From NCBI GenBank assembly GCA_051942205.1, contig JAVECO010000098.1, forward strand, positions 62,001-84,735: a stretch of DNA of 22,735 nucleotides. The letters run 5' to 3'. The DNA is from Coniocarpon cinnabarinum (lineage: Eukaryota). Shown piece after piece: positions 1 through 9,704 of the stretch (within the stretch, counting starts at the first letter, position 1; each line of letters opens with the position of its first letter). The notes beneath the pieces were generated by a model that saw only the letters and a program-made list of their open reading frames with translations, was not told the origin of the DNA and did not search any database. Both the position numbers and the translations under genes were made by a program.

Positions 1-1
1 G

Positions 2-1420
2 CGTATCCAGCTGCTCGGTCCCGTATCTCGTGGGCCCCAGTCACTCAGGGATCATCGAGCTGTCGCGAGTATGTTTGAAGATGACATCTTTGACTTCTTC
101 ACTCGCACGACGATCTTCTTGAGCCCATACCTCAAACTCGACCATGGTGAGCAACATGTTATGCAATTGTGTCTGGTGGCGGAGATGGTCAAGGTCGTTG
201 TGGCACATCTGGAAAGCTTCACCGCTGTTGATCAATATACGCAGAATGATGTCAGACTAAGAACGGACGTGCAAGGCGCCCATGTTGAGAACGAAAAAAT
301 TTCCTGCTCTCCGGAACAATCACAAACCTTTTCAGCGTTTGTGCAGACAATCATACACACACTAGACGCCTCGCCAGATCAACCGAAGGCCCTAGAATTC
401 ATGGAAAGAGTGGAACGCAATCCAAATAATCGCGCCAGGTTTGATGAATTTGTCCGTGCATCAGTCATCAGCTACTGCTTACCTTTCCTGCGCAAGTGCC
501 TCTTGCTCATGCAGGTGCGCGCTTGTGTCGACTTCAGCGATGCGATAAACCTCGACGTGCATGCTGTAGAGGTCGACCGTTTGTGTAGCGTCTTGAGTCT
601 GCCTGGCATAGACGAGCTAATCAGCATGTGCACGGGCCCTGACCGCGTAGGAATTCGCATTCAGGAGCTGATTCATTTCTGGATTACACATTGGCGCTGG
701 CGCCGGGATACATCACCAAAAGAGACAACGGCTCAACGTCCAAACAGGTCGAGCTTGCAGGAGCAAAAGGACAGCATCTTAAGTGACATTTTTTCTCCCA
801 ACTCGTCGGGTACATTCGCCGACACAGATTTGCACATCCCTGCACCTCCAGGTGCGTTTATCGACGATACCCCCTCCCAAGAGTTGGATACGAGCCACAG
901 AGTCGGCAAAGAGGGAGTCCACCCCATCCGTCTCAGTCATCCCGGTGTCTACGAACTCGTCGCGCTTCCCGAATCACAGGACACCCTCAACGCCGAGGCA
1001 CTGGCCCGTCGCTGCCCTACAACTGGAGGCGCCATTTCCGATCCATACCTATGTCTCTTCTGCGGAGAGATCCTGTGCGGTCAAGCGTCATGCTGCGCGA
1101 AGGAGGTCGCACCGGGCCAAACGCATGGTGGGTGCTACCAACACCAGCAACGCTGCGGCGGCATCGTAGGCATGTTCTTCAACATCCGCAAGAGCGCTGT
1201 TGTTTTCCTGCATGGACGCAATGGTTCTTTCTATTCCGCGCCTTACCTTGACGAGCATGGTGAGATCGACTTCGGGTTAAAGCGGCGTGCGCGCCTGTTC
1301 TTGGAGAAGAGAAGGTACGACCGGCTGTTCAGGGATGTCTGGCTTGGGCACGGCGTCCCAACCGCCATCAGCAGGAAGCTGGAGGGTGAAGTAAATACGG
1401 GAGGTTGGGAGACGCTTTGA
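2..1420 (+). CDS. UBR1: E3 ubiquitin-protein ligase UBR1/UBR11 (N-recognin), C-terminal part; 5' end lies outside the window
   Basis: The frame of ORF 71..1420 is open back to position 2. It carries the UBR C-terminal Cys/His domain (CPTTG...DPYLCLFCGEILCGQASCC...GGCYQHQQRC), the APYLDEHGEIDFGLKR motif and the typical fungal ending ISRKLEGEVNTGGWETL. Confidence 0.93.
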   Translation, partial: RIQLLGPVSRGPQSLRDHRAVASMFEDDIFDFFTRTTIFLSPYLKLDHGEQHVMQLCLVAEMVKVVVAHLESFTAVDQYTQNDVRLRTDVQGAHVENEKISCSPEQSQTFSAFVQTIIHTLDASPDQPKALEFMERVERNPNNRARFDEFVRASVISYCLPFLRKCLLLMQVRACVDFSDAINLDVHAVEVDRLCSVLSLPGIDELISMCTGPDRVGIRIQELIHFWITHWRWRRDTSPKETTAQRPNRSSLQEQKDSILSDIFSPNSSGTFADTDLHIPAPPGAFIDDTPSQELDTSHRVGKEGVHPIRLSHPGVYELVALPESQDTLNAEALARRCPTTGGAISDPYLCLFCGEILCGQASCCAKEVAPGQTHGGCYQHQQRCGGIVGMFFNIRKSAVVFLHGRNGSFYSAPYLDEHGEIDFGLKRRARLFLEKRRYDRLFRDVWLGHGVPTAISRKLEGEVNTGGWETL

Positions 1421-1759
1421 TGACAGTCGACGACAATGACTCCAGATGCATATTTCATGTGGAGTTCATTGGTGGGGATGAGCATAGAGTGAGCTAAAAA
1501 TCATGATTGGATGGCCGGAGGTGCTCTCGACGTGCTGGCGCCTCTTTAGAGGGACGTGTATAGACCTCGTTAATTAATACCTACTGCAAAAGTCCTTGCA
1601 TGGCAGGGACTTCGATATCACACAACTGCTCTCCATGCTGTCTACGGCAGCGGCGTAGTCTACTGTTGTCCTGATCGAAATTCATCGCCAGAGGCTGTGG
1701 AGGGAGGGCCAAGGATGAGCACAGCAGAAGAACTGCCACAAGCTGTTCAAATTTCAGAC

Positions 1760-3406
1760 TCATCGATCTCGTGCGCTGCCTTCGTCTTCGCCGACGGGCT
1801 TTTTAAACTCGGATGCTTCGGACGAAGCTTTCTCCCTTGGCTCCATAGTGTCAGGCACTTGCCATATCCTCACCGTTTTGTCCATTCCACAGCTAACGAG
1901 CTCCCTCCGTGCCGGATGCACATCTACTCCGAATACGGTACCATAGTGGCCGCGCTTGGCGAGGTCGTCATGACTTAGTCTCTGCATGACCTCCTTGCTC
2001 ACCACGTCCCATACAACAATGTCTCCGTCTTCACTCCCTGTTGCCAAAAACGCGCGCGCCTCTTCCGTCCGTAGCACCTCTTCCTGCTTCTCGTCGGCCT
2101 CGAGTGCCACGCTGCTATACTGCAGTTCGCCGTCCATCTCGTCATCTGCAAGCGTAGCATCAACCTTTCGCCGTTTTTCCACGGTTGTGCGATAGACGCC
2201 CCATGCTCCATGAACGCTGTACCGCGTGACGAGTGCTCCTTCATAGGTCTTCACACAGCGACTGCCACCTCCCGCACCCTCGCCCACATAGTCCCAAAGC
2301 CGAACGCCACCGTCGGTGTACCACCCCGCCACGTACCTCCCATTCGGACTGAACATCGTTCCGAGACAGCCAGGTCGGCCCCCACCGACTTCTTCGTGGA
2401 AGAATGTGCGCAGACACTGACCAGAGGCGGTGTCCCATATCCGTATCAGCCCGTCCGAGCCACAGCTCGTAACTAACGTCCCGTCCGAGGAGAAATCCAC
2501 ACCGTACACAGGGTCGTTGTGCGCAGGAAGTATGCGGAGAGGTGTACATGACCTCACAGACCAGAGTATCACGGCTTCATCAGTAGCCCCGGAGACGAGC
2601 AAGTTACCCTTGGGAGAGAAGGCGAGTGAGAGCACATAGTTATGGTGACCCATCAGGCGAGTATGATGCGGTTTTGCTTGATTTCGGCTCACGCGCCATA
2701 AGCGGATAGTCTTATCGTCGGAACCAGTAGCCAGGAGAAAGTCTCCGCCTTGGGATACGAGTGAAGGAGCAAAGGCAGAATGTGCGGACGATGTCGGGAT
2801 TGGTGACCAAGCAAGGCAGCTGACGCCGGCGAGGTGACCGCGTAGGGTGTGAAGGGGTCGGCCAGTAACAGAGTCCCATATCTTGACGGTTGCGTCAGCG
2901 GATGCAGATGCGATGAGACCGCCATCCGGCGAGTAAGCGACAGCAGCAACAGGACGCGTGTGGCCATGTAAAATCAAAGTGGGTCGATATGAGAGTGTGG
3001 GCGAGTGGCGTGGCCTGTCAAGAGACGCTGGTGACTGCGTCCGACGCTGAAGAGCGGGAGAGGAAGTCGGGTCGCCATCGGTACTGCAGGGAGTTTCAGC
3101 GAGGCTGGGGGGCTGATGTGACCGACGTGGTGAGGCGAGATAGTCCTTCTCTGGACGATGGGATGACACAGCCGCACCCAGCTCGTCGATGCCGCCTTCA
3201 CGCTTCACGTCTTCCGCAAGGTTCTCCTCAATGATTGGCAGCGCTGCTCCCTGCAGTTCGTCCGCAGGCTCATCCTGTGCAGCTATGGGCTCTTCGTATG
3301 TGGTGTCTTGAGTTTCATTGCTGCGGGTTGCAGACAAGCGGCGGCGCTTGGGGACAGGCTCAGGGAAGTCGTCGGCAGCTAGCTCGTCAGTCTCGCTGTC
3401 GCTCAT
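1760..3406 (-). CDS. SWD3: WD40-repeat COMPASS/Set1C subunit Swd3 (WDR5 homologue), 548 aa, apparently intronless
   Basis: WDR5-like repeats (GHTRPVAAVAYSPDGGLIASASADATVKIWD; GHLAGVSCLAWS; GHHNYVLSLAFSPKGNLLVSG; AHNDPVYGVDFSSDGTLVTSCGSDGLIRIWDTASGQCLRT; GSEDGDIVVWDVVSKEVMQRL). The acidic, disordered N-terminus has an NLS-like PKRRRLS. Confidence 0.88.
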   Translation of the reverse strand: MSDSETDELAADDFPEPVPKRRRLSATRSNETQDTTYEEPIAAQDEPADELQGAALPIIEENLAEDVKREGGIDELGAAVSSHRPEKDYLASPRRSHQPPSLAETPCSTDGDPTSSPALQRRTQSPASLDRPRHSPTLSYRPTLILHGHTRPVAAVAYSPDGGLIASASADATVKIWDSVTGRPLHTLRGHLAGVSCLAWSPIPTSSAHSAFAPSLVSQGGDFLLATGSDDKTIRLWRVSRNQAKPHHTRLMGHHNYVLSLAFSPKGNLLVSGATDEAVILWSVRSCTPLRILPAHNDPVYGVDFSSDGTLVTSCGSDGLIRIWDTASGQCLRTFFHEEVGGGRPGCLGTMFSPNGRYVAGWYTDGGVRLWDYVGEGAGGGSRCVKTYEGALVTRYSVHGAWGVYRTTVEKRRKVDATLADDEMDGELQYSSVALEADEKQEEVLRTEEARAFLATGSEDGDIVVWDVVSKEVMQRLSHDDLAKRGHYGTVFGVDVHPARRELVSCGMDKTVRIWQVPDTMEPREKASSEASEFKKPVGEDEGSARDR

Positions 3407-3731
3407 AATGCGCGACTGCGAGTGGAAGCATTAAGCGCAGGAATAAAGACAGGCGTAGGAAAGCATCGCGAAGCGGCGTCAATAGTGTGGCCCAAAGAGC
3501 CACAGGCGCGGAGGTTCTCGGCAACGCTAGCGTATGGAGCCGGCCCGTTCGGAGATATGCTAGACCCATTGCGACTTGGATGCCGTCGGCGCGGACTGAG
3601 AGACTGAGAAAGCTACGTGTGCAATCCTGTGAGACCACGTTTCGACTCCCTCTTCCACTCCCGTCTACAAATACAGTAATGGTCGCACGTTCCTTCGCAG
3701 AGGGCAGGTCCCTTCACTGCTGTCTGCAACC
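3407..3731. promoter_or_regulatory. Short bidirectional promoter region between divergent SWD3 and ISC1
   Basis: Head-to-head start codons lie only 325 bp apart; a CT-rich patch (ctccctcttccactccc) lies near 3646-3662. Inferred from gene geometry. Confidence 0.5.
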
Positions 3732-5369
3732 ATGGTCGTCATCAATGCCACCGTCATCAACGCCACTCACGCCCTCAGTCCTGCCCACCAGCCCTCTGGA
3801 ACTGGTCAAGACCCTACGGATCACATCCACATCCTCTCTTACAACTGCCTGGGGCTGAAGTTCATCTCCAAGCACAGGCACGCACGCCTCTCCCATATCG
3901 GCCATGTCATTGCGCACGCTAGTCCAGTGCCTGACATTGTCGGCCTGCAAGAGTGCTGGACCCAGGAGGATTACCTCTCCATTCGACATCAAACATCTCA
4001 CATTCTACCCTATGGCAAATTCTACCACAATGGCGTCATGGGTGCCGGCCTTGCCATACTGAGTCGATGGCCCATAGTCGAGTCGCAAATGCACTCGTAC
4101 CCTCTGAATGGCCGTCCCACTGCCTTCTTCCGTGGTGACTGGTATGTCGGCAAGGGCGTCGCCCACGCGCGTATTCGCGTGCCACGCAACCAATACACTT
4201 CCCGCTCTTCAATACTCCCTGAGTCCACGGAAATTGACAACTCTCGGACGCCCCCCGCAGACTCGGATAACGTCTTCCATGAAAAGGATAATGAAGACGT
4301 GCCTCATGATGTTATTGAGGTCTTTACAACGCACCTGCACGCCCCGTATGAGCAGGAGCCGCATGATTCCTATCTCTGCCATCGCACAGCGCAAGCTTAC
4401 CACATGGCCAAGCTCATTCGCGACGCCAGAGAGCGCGGACATCTGGCAATTGCTTGCGGGGACTTCAACATGGTTCCCAACAGCCTTGCGCATGAGCTGA
4501 TCATGGGTCATGGCGGGGTCATGGACGCCTGGCCTGCTGCAGGCAAAGATGAAAGGTACATTGGGGAGAAACATGCAGAGCAGGAGGGTGCCCGTGCCAA
4601 AGAGGGCAAATCCGGTGTATCTGTGCGCTGGAAAGTCAAGACTGAGGGCGCGACCTGCGATTCCATGGGCAACACATGGCGATGGCCCGAGCAACGCCGC
4701 AAGAATCTCGAGCGCGCCGTCAAGCACGGACGGACTTTACCGCTCTCCGAGACAGAAGTCGGCTGGGAGGAGCAGGACTGGGACCACGCGCGACGGCTGG
4801 ATTACGTTTTCATCGGCAATCCGGACTTTGCCCATTTATGGCACGGCCACGTTCAGGACGGGCTGTGGAAGGTCCAAAGCGCACATGTGGGCTTCACAGA
4901 TCGGCACCCAAGCTTGAAATGCAGCCTCAGCGATCACTTCAGCGTAGAAACGACTCTGACGAGACCACACAGCATCCCCGCTGCGCCGAGCGAACAGCCT
5001 GTGCGGTTTGGTCCCATGATGAAGAAAGGTCCTGAGCCTCCCTTGCACGTCGGAACCTACCGCAGCATCATTGAAATGACAGAAGATTACTTGTTGCGTG
5101 AGCGTTTCCAACGGAAGATGCGCATTCTTCACTACTTTGCATCAGTGACAGCGACGATTGGATGCTGGATTGCAGTTTGGTTCTCCCCCTACAACTTTGT
5201 CGCATTCATATTGATGCTGATAGCAAGCCTGTGGCTTATGGCTGGCACTGTAGATGGATTGATCGGATTTTTGTTTATGAGCAGCGAGATCAGATGTCTG
5301 AAAGAATTTTTGTGGGAGATGAGGGAATTGGAAGAACAAGCAAGGCTCCACGAGAAGCACGGCGTTTGA
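3732..5369 (+). CDS. ISC1: Inositol phosphosphingolipid phospholipase C (neutral sphingomyelinase, EEP family), 545 aa
   Basis: Motifs SYNCLGLKFISK, DIVGLQECW, GLAILSRWPI, P-loop-like GRPTAFFRGDWYVGKG, THLHAPY, GDFNM, RLDYVF and SDHFSV, plus two C-terminal transmembrane segments as in Isc1/Css1. Confidence 0.93.
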   Translation: MVVINATVINATHALSPAHQPSGTGQDPTDHIHILSYNCLGLKFISKHRHARLSHIGHVIAHASPVPDIVGLQECWTQEDYLSIRHQTSHILPYGKFYHNGVMGAGLAILSRWPIVESQMHSYPLNGRPTAFFRGDWYVGKGVAHARIRVPRNQYTSRSSILPESTEIDNSRTPPADSDNVFHEKDNEDVPHDVIEVFTTHLHAPYEQEPHDSYLCHRTAQAYHMAKLIRDARERGHLAIACGDFNMVPNSLAHELIMGHGGVMDAWPAAGKDERYIGEKHAEQEGARAKEGKSGVSVRWKVKTEGATCDSMGNTWRWPEQRRKNLERAVKHGRTLPLSETEVGWEEQDWDHARRLDYVFIGNPDFAHLWHGHVQDGLWKVQSAHVGFTDRHPSLKCSLSDHFSVETTLTRPHSIPAAPSEQPVRFGPMMKKGPEPPLHVGTYRSIIEMTEDYLLRERFQRKMRILHYFASVTATIGCWIAVWFSPYNFVAFILMLIASLWLMAGTVDGLIGFLFMSSEIRCLKEFLWEMRELEEQARLHEKHGV

Positions 5370-5460
5370 GGGAAAAGCAGATACCCGATCCGGCGTAAGA
5401 AGCAGGAGCCACGGCTGGGCATAAATTTTGCTAGAGCATCGAGGCATTTCACGTACCAAA

Positions 5461-5688
5461 CAGTAATTCGAGAATTGCCCTGCAGTTGACTTAATGCTCG
5501 GGTGTTTTTTTACAAGCCTCGGTGGCGGTAATGGCTTTTTCCTGGAAAAACTCTCGAGCATAGAAGCAGCCTCTTCCGCTTTCGCAATCTTGACCTTGCT
5601 TTTGCGGATACATTTACCGTGTAATTTGACAAGAGGTCAATCATCAGGGACGAACAATGGTTGTAACGAGCGCAGTCGACAATTACTA
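5461..5688. other. Candidate structured RNA element (~230 nt, nested stems) between the convergent 3' ends of ISC1 and RPL18
   Basis: Complementary pairs seen on +: AGTAATT 5462-5468/AATTACT 5681-5687; CCCTG 5478-5482/CAGGG 5645-5649; TTGAC 5486-5490/GTCAA 5636-5640; ATGCTCG 5494-5500/CGAGCAT 5555-5561; GTTTTT 5504-5509/AAAAAC 5546-5551; AGCC 5515-5518/GGCT 5533-5536; TCCGC 5575-5579/GCGGA 5604-5608; GCAA 5584-5587/TTGC 5596-5599. No family recognised. Confidence 0.35.
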
Positions 5689-5906
5689 AAAGGCCAAAAA
5701 AGATGGTCAAGTGTCAGTCATGAAGATTCGATGGACCACCCAGTGAAATCTAACAGGTGACCTCAGGTGTACTACTACGTATGTAGCAATGCTCGCTGCT
5801 GTCATCGCTCTGCTCGCAGTGCTTTCTTCTCCATTTCTGGGATGTGTCGCGCAGTGCCTGGAAATCACAGTCTCCAGCCGTTTCAGATCTATTGTTACCC
5901 ATTCTT

Positions 5907-6802
5907 CTAGACCTTGAAGCCTCTCGACCGCCTACGACCACGTGCACGCTCAAACTTCCGGCCCTTGCTCTCCACATAAGGTTTCTCAGATTATGTCAGC
6001 GCATCCATTGTTGTGGAACATGTCGTGGCTCCTACCTTGTGGCTATGTGGCCCAAAACCAAAGTGCTTCACAGCTTCACGCTGGTTCTTCGCGCCTCGGA
6101 GGAGCAGAGTATTGCTCCCGGTCGGCTTTCTCTGCGCAAGCTCGTCCAGTGTCAAGCACTCACCGCCAGCTTCAGTGATGCGAGCCCTAGCGGTCGAGGT
6201 AAAGCGCAACGCGGCGATGGAGAGCTTGGGCAGCTGAAGGACACGATTGTCATCAGTCACCGGCCCGACGACCACAATGGTCTTGTTCTTGTGCTTATCC
6301 TCAGATTTCTTAGAGGCGGCAGTAGCGATGATCCGAGAAACAGAAATGGCTGGGCGATTAATCTTGGACATGCAAAGGCGGCGGAGGATGGTCTTGTTAA
6401 AAGCTGAGTCGGTACGGCCTGCCAATATGCGGTCAGTGCGGGCTACTGTGTACGATCATGTTGTGCGCCCAAGTAACAAGCAAGGCTGCTGGGTTGCCGT
6501 ACGTGTAAGAAACTTGTAAAGCTTCACGAGTAGACGAAGGTACGGATTTTCGCTCTTTGGGGCCTTACGATGCCCCGAGCTAACGTGATGGCGGTCGAGG
6601 TCAATCCCTATCGTTTGAAAGTCAGCGCGATATTTTCAATCAGACCAATGGATGTTCCGAGATTGCGCAGCACGACCTGGTCTTCGACGGTGAAGACACG
6701 TGCAAAGGTCTTCGAGCGACCCATTGTCCATCAGTGGTCGGCGCAAGTGCTGCAATCGTGATTGCATCTATGTGGACCGATAATTAGAAGCTACTTACCC
6801 AT
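5907..6802 (-). CDS. RPL18: 60S ribosomal protein L18 (eL18), 189 aa; exons 6802-6799, 6607-6503, 6418-6036, 5984-5907
   Basis: Spliced translation [45 protein letters not shown]...[25 protein letters not shown]...[34 protein letters not shown]. Introns: 6798-6608 (GTAAGT..GCTGAC..TAG), 6502-6419 (GTACGG..ACTGAC..CAG), 6035-5985 (GTAGGA..GCTGAC..GAG). Confidence 0.96.
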
Positions 6803-7369
6803 TTTGATCCAGGTGATGGGGCGCGAGTGGTAAACAAATTCGAAGTCGTCGTCGTAGTTAGAGTCCTTGAATTTGACAGTTTGTGCGCTTCGTATCTTGG
6901 CATATTGAAGCCTTATTTCTAAGGTTTTCAAGAGAATACTCGCCTTGCTTTAATCACGGCAACGTCCTTCTTAAATGAATGGATGCGAAACGCTCCATGC
7001 ACGTCAGGTCCATGCAAAACTCAAATCCCCGGCTGATCAAGCACTAGGTTGAGCGCCAAGCAGCAAATCATGTGGTCAGCAACGCACCGCACGTAAAATC
7101 TAAAAAGCATTCAATGCGTGCTTGCTTCCCCAGCTTCTATCCAACACTGTTGAGCAAAGCGAGATATTTACGAAGAATGCGTCTAATGCCATCCCAGTCC
7201 CGTGATGTGTATGCTCTGTTCCCGTTGCGCCGTTGCTGATGCCTTTGCAAGCTTTCTCCATGCCGCGCTGCTTTCTCCCAACCGAATCCCGTGTACAGTC
7301 GGGCATCCTTCTGGGTGCGGCGAAATTTCGCATACGCAACGACTCCTGCAGCTAGGGGCGCTATCGATT

Positions 7370-8645
7370 CTAGAGGACTTCGCTCTTGCCCAGTGAGACC
7401 ATCAGATCGCGCACAAGCTCAAAGCTGGCCCAGCTGCTCGCCATGCTCGGCGCAACTTTCAATAAGTTCGGAACGATGCCTTTGTATAGCCCGCGGATAC
7501 CTTCCTGAGAGACGATGACCCGGATTGCATCCCAGATGGACTTATACTGGTAGCCCATGCCGGACATGGTATTAATCTGAAATCGTCTTCGCAGAACATC
7601 AAATGGATATGTGCAGGTCTGTGCGACTGCGCCTGATACAGCCCCTGCAGCCAGTTTTCCAAGTGTTCCAGGGTTCTTTTCGCCGGCAGGCGTGACGAAA
7701 GATCGAGCCATTTCATAGACCATAAAATTCAGGCCGACCTGTGTAAAATGTCAATGGGATTGAGGATCTGGGAAGAGGAGGTCGTGCTCACGTAAGGAGC
7801 GACTCCAGCAACTGTTGGCAGGATCCCCCTATACAGTGCGAACCACCCTCCTTCTGAATTGTACATTTTTACCAAAGTCACCCACATTCCAGGGAGTTTC
7901 TCTCCATGTTTGTGCTGCAAGCCAGCAAAGGAAGCAGATTGTATTGACAGACGTGTTCTCACAATGTCAAGAGGGTAGGTGAAAGTGACGGAAGTGATGC
8001 CGGCAAGGCCGCCACACAAGAGTCGCCGGATTGGATTTTTATTGAGGTCTGCGCCAGGACTTTCTTCAAAAAACTGAAACACAATTAGTAACATGGACGC
8101 TCTTCAGTGGATACCACGACCCCGGTACATACCCGTTTGTAGAAATTGTAGCTACCAAATTGCACCGCGGAGTACGGGACAATGCGGATGCAGTTGGTGC
8201 CATTTCCACGCATGAACCCTTTGAAGCCTTCCTCTTTCCACATCTTCGCCAGCGCTTTCGGCACGCTCATTTTATACTCTGTTTGACCCGCACTCTGGAT
8301 TTGAAACAAAATCTTCAATCTCTCGAGAGGAGAGACGACCGTGCGAGAGACGGCTCCAGCAACGCCACCCGCAATGAAAGACGCAACGACCGGCTGAGCA
8401 AGCCATTTCTGAGCATCTGCTATCGCTGCGGCAGCGACTGGCGACGGTGTTTGCGGAATTCTGGAAGCACTGGACTAAAGGGCAGGTCAGTGGCGGATCC
8501 CGAGGCGCATGCGCACGCTTCTCTACAATCAGAAAGTGCCTACTTCATGCTCTGACGTTTTTGCCGTCGCGACTGTCGAGATGGGCGATACAGATGCAGC
8601 TGACTTCGCAGCTGACGCATCGACGTGAGCAGGGCCAGAGCCCAT
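7370..8645 (-). CDS. Mitochondrial carrier (SLC25) of the YPR011C / SLC25A42 / Graves-disease-carrier-like group, ~364 aa; exons 8645-8544, 8474-8133, 8073-7792, 7738-7370
   Basis: Three carrier repeats with PX[DE]XX[KR] signatures ([33 protein letters not shown]), plus [21 protein letters not shown] and [18 protein letters not shown]. Three phase-0 GT-AG introns of 69, 59 and 53 nt with branch motifs. Exon 1 and the start codon are less certain. Confidence 0.9.
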
Positions 8646-9704
8646 GTCCGTCTTATCACCAGCGCTTTGGCCCTAGATCCAGCCCAGCGCCCGGGCAAGG
8701 GGTCGACCGCCAGCTTCAGAAGGACAAGTCGCAACAGTTTCTACCGGTGAGGGTCGAGGGGTGTTTCCAGAGACTGCGACCAAAAGTTTGCCCTTGGCGC
8801 AGCAGGCGGTGACGACGGAGGCGCGTCGAACAGTGGCAAGGAGCGGACGCAGAAGATGAAAGAGGGTTTGCCATGCACGAGGACTTCAGGATCAATATGT
8901 GAGAAGGCTGGAGCGGTGTCGTCGAGGGTCAGGTGAAGAGGAAATATTACTTTATTTTTTCTTGTCCTGAGGGAGTCTGCAGGTACCATTTCCGTCTGGA
9001 CACTGACCTACGCCAAGTCACTCGGCCCGCTGACTCAAGGGGCAAGATCTTGTTTCTTGGCCCAGCCATTTCCTTCTCTTTTGCACCCGATCTGCTGACA
9101 ATGTGCGTGCAACCGTGGGCGTTCCATCGTGCCAGTCTGCACGCCCTGTCAAGTGTGCAGGCCACGCGTTCACGTTCAATCCTCGCATCGAAGCCACCAG
9201 CGCTATCGTCGTGTGGTGTTAAGTGCTATTTGTCCCGATTATTGACGTTCAGAATTTGCAATACCGTCACAGAAATCCCACCATGATCGCCCCAGACTCG
9301 TCTACCTGATTCTTATATTGCTTATACTCTGGGCGGGCTCGGTACAAGTGGTCGACAGTCCACATTTGCCCTACCTCTACACACGGATTGCTTGTCCCAG
9401 CAATGCCGTTCACTCGAAGAGCAAGATGAATGCCAAAAGTCAGAAAGACTCCAGGAAAGGATTAGACACAAGCCAGAGCAATTCTGGGAGGCTTCTGTCT
9501 TGTCTGAGCATATCATTCTGATTGCTTTGGCAACCTCGACCCTGAACGCCATATGCGAGACTCGGCTCACACTGCTACACGCGTCCGCACTTCCCCCAGT
9601 CATAACCACCTGTCAAAAACTTGGCAAAGGAGACAATACAGCACACCAGCCCTTAGACTGTTTCATGACATTCGTGTTGTGTTCAAATCCATTTGGGTAG
9701 CCTT

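Noticed and set aside
5490..5565. Possible twister ribozyme (TAATGC...TTACAAGC on +)
   Set aside because: No P4 stem flanks TTACAAGC, and the GAG/T1 pseudoknot partner is absent.
5578..5650. Possible hammerhead ribozyme (CTGATGA...GAAA on the minus strand)
   Set aside because: CTGATGA is followed by T rather than a purine, the TTGACCT/AGGTCAA stem is followed by GATT rather than GAAA, and stems I and III cannot be built.
6768..6798. Nested (twin) intron within RPL18 intron 1 (GTAAGT..CTAAT..TAG)
   Set aside because: It would be only ~31 nt, below the usual fungal minimum, and its removal would not rebuild a donor site.
8646..9704. Short ORFs between the mitochondrial carrier and the H1-like gene (e.g. 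9392..9700, 8933..9286)
   Set aside because: Mostly non-ATG starts, no motifs and no convincing splice pattern; treated as UTR and promoter sequence.
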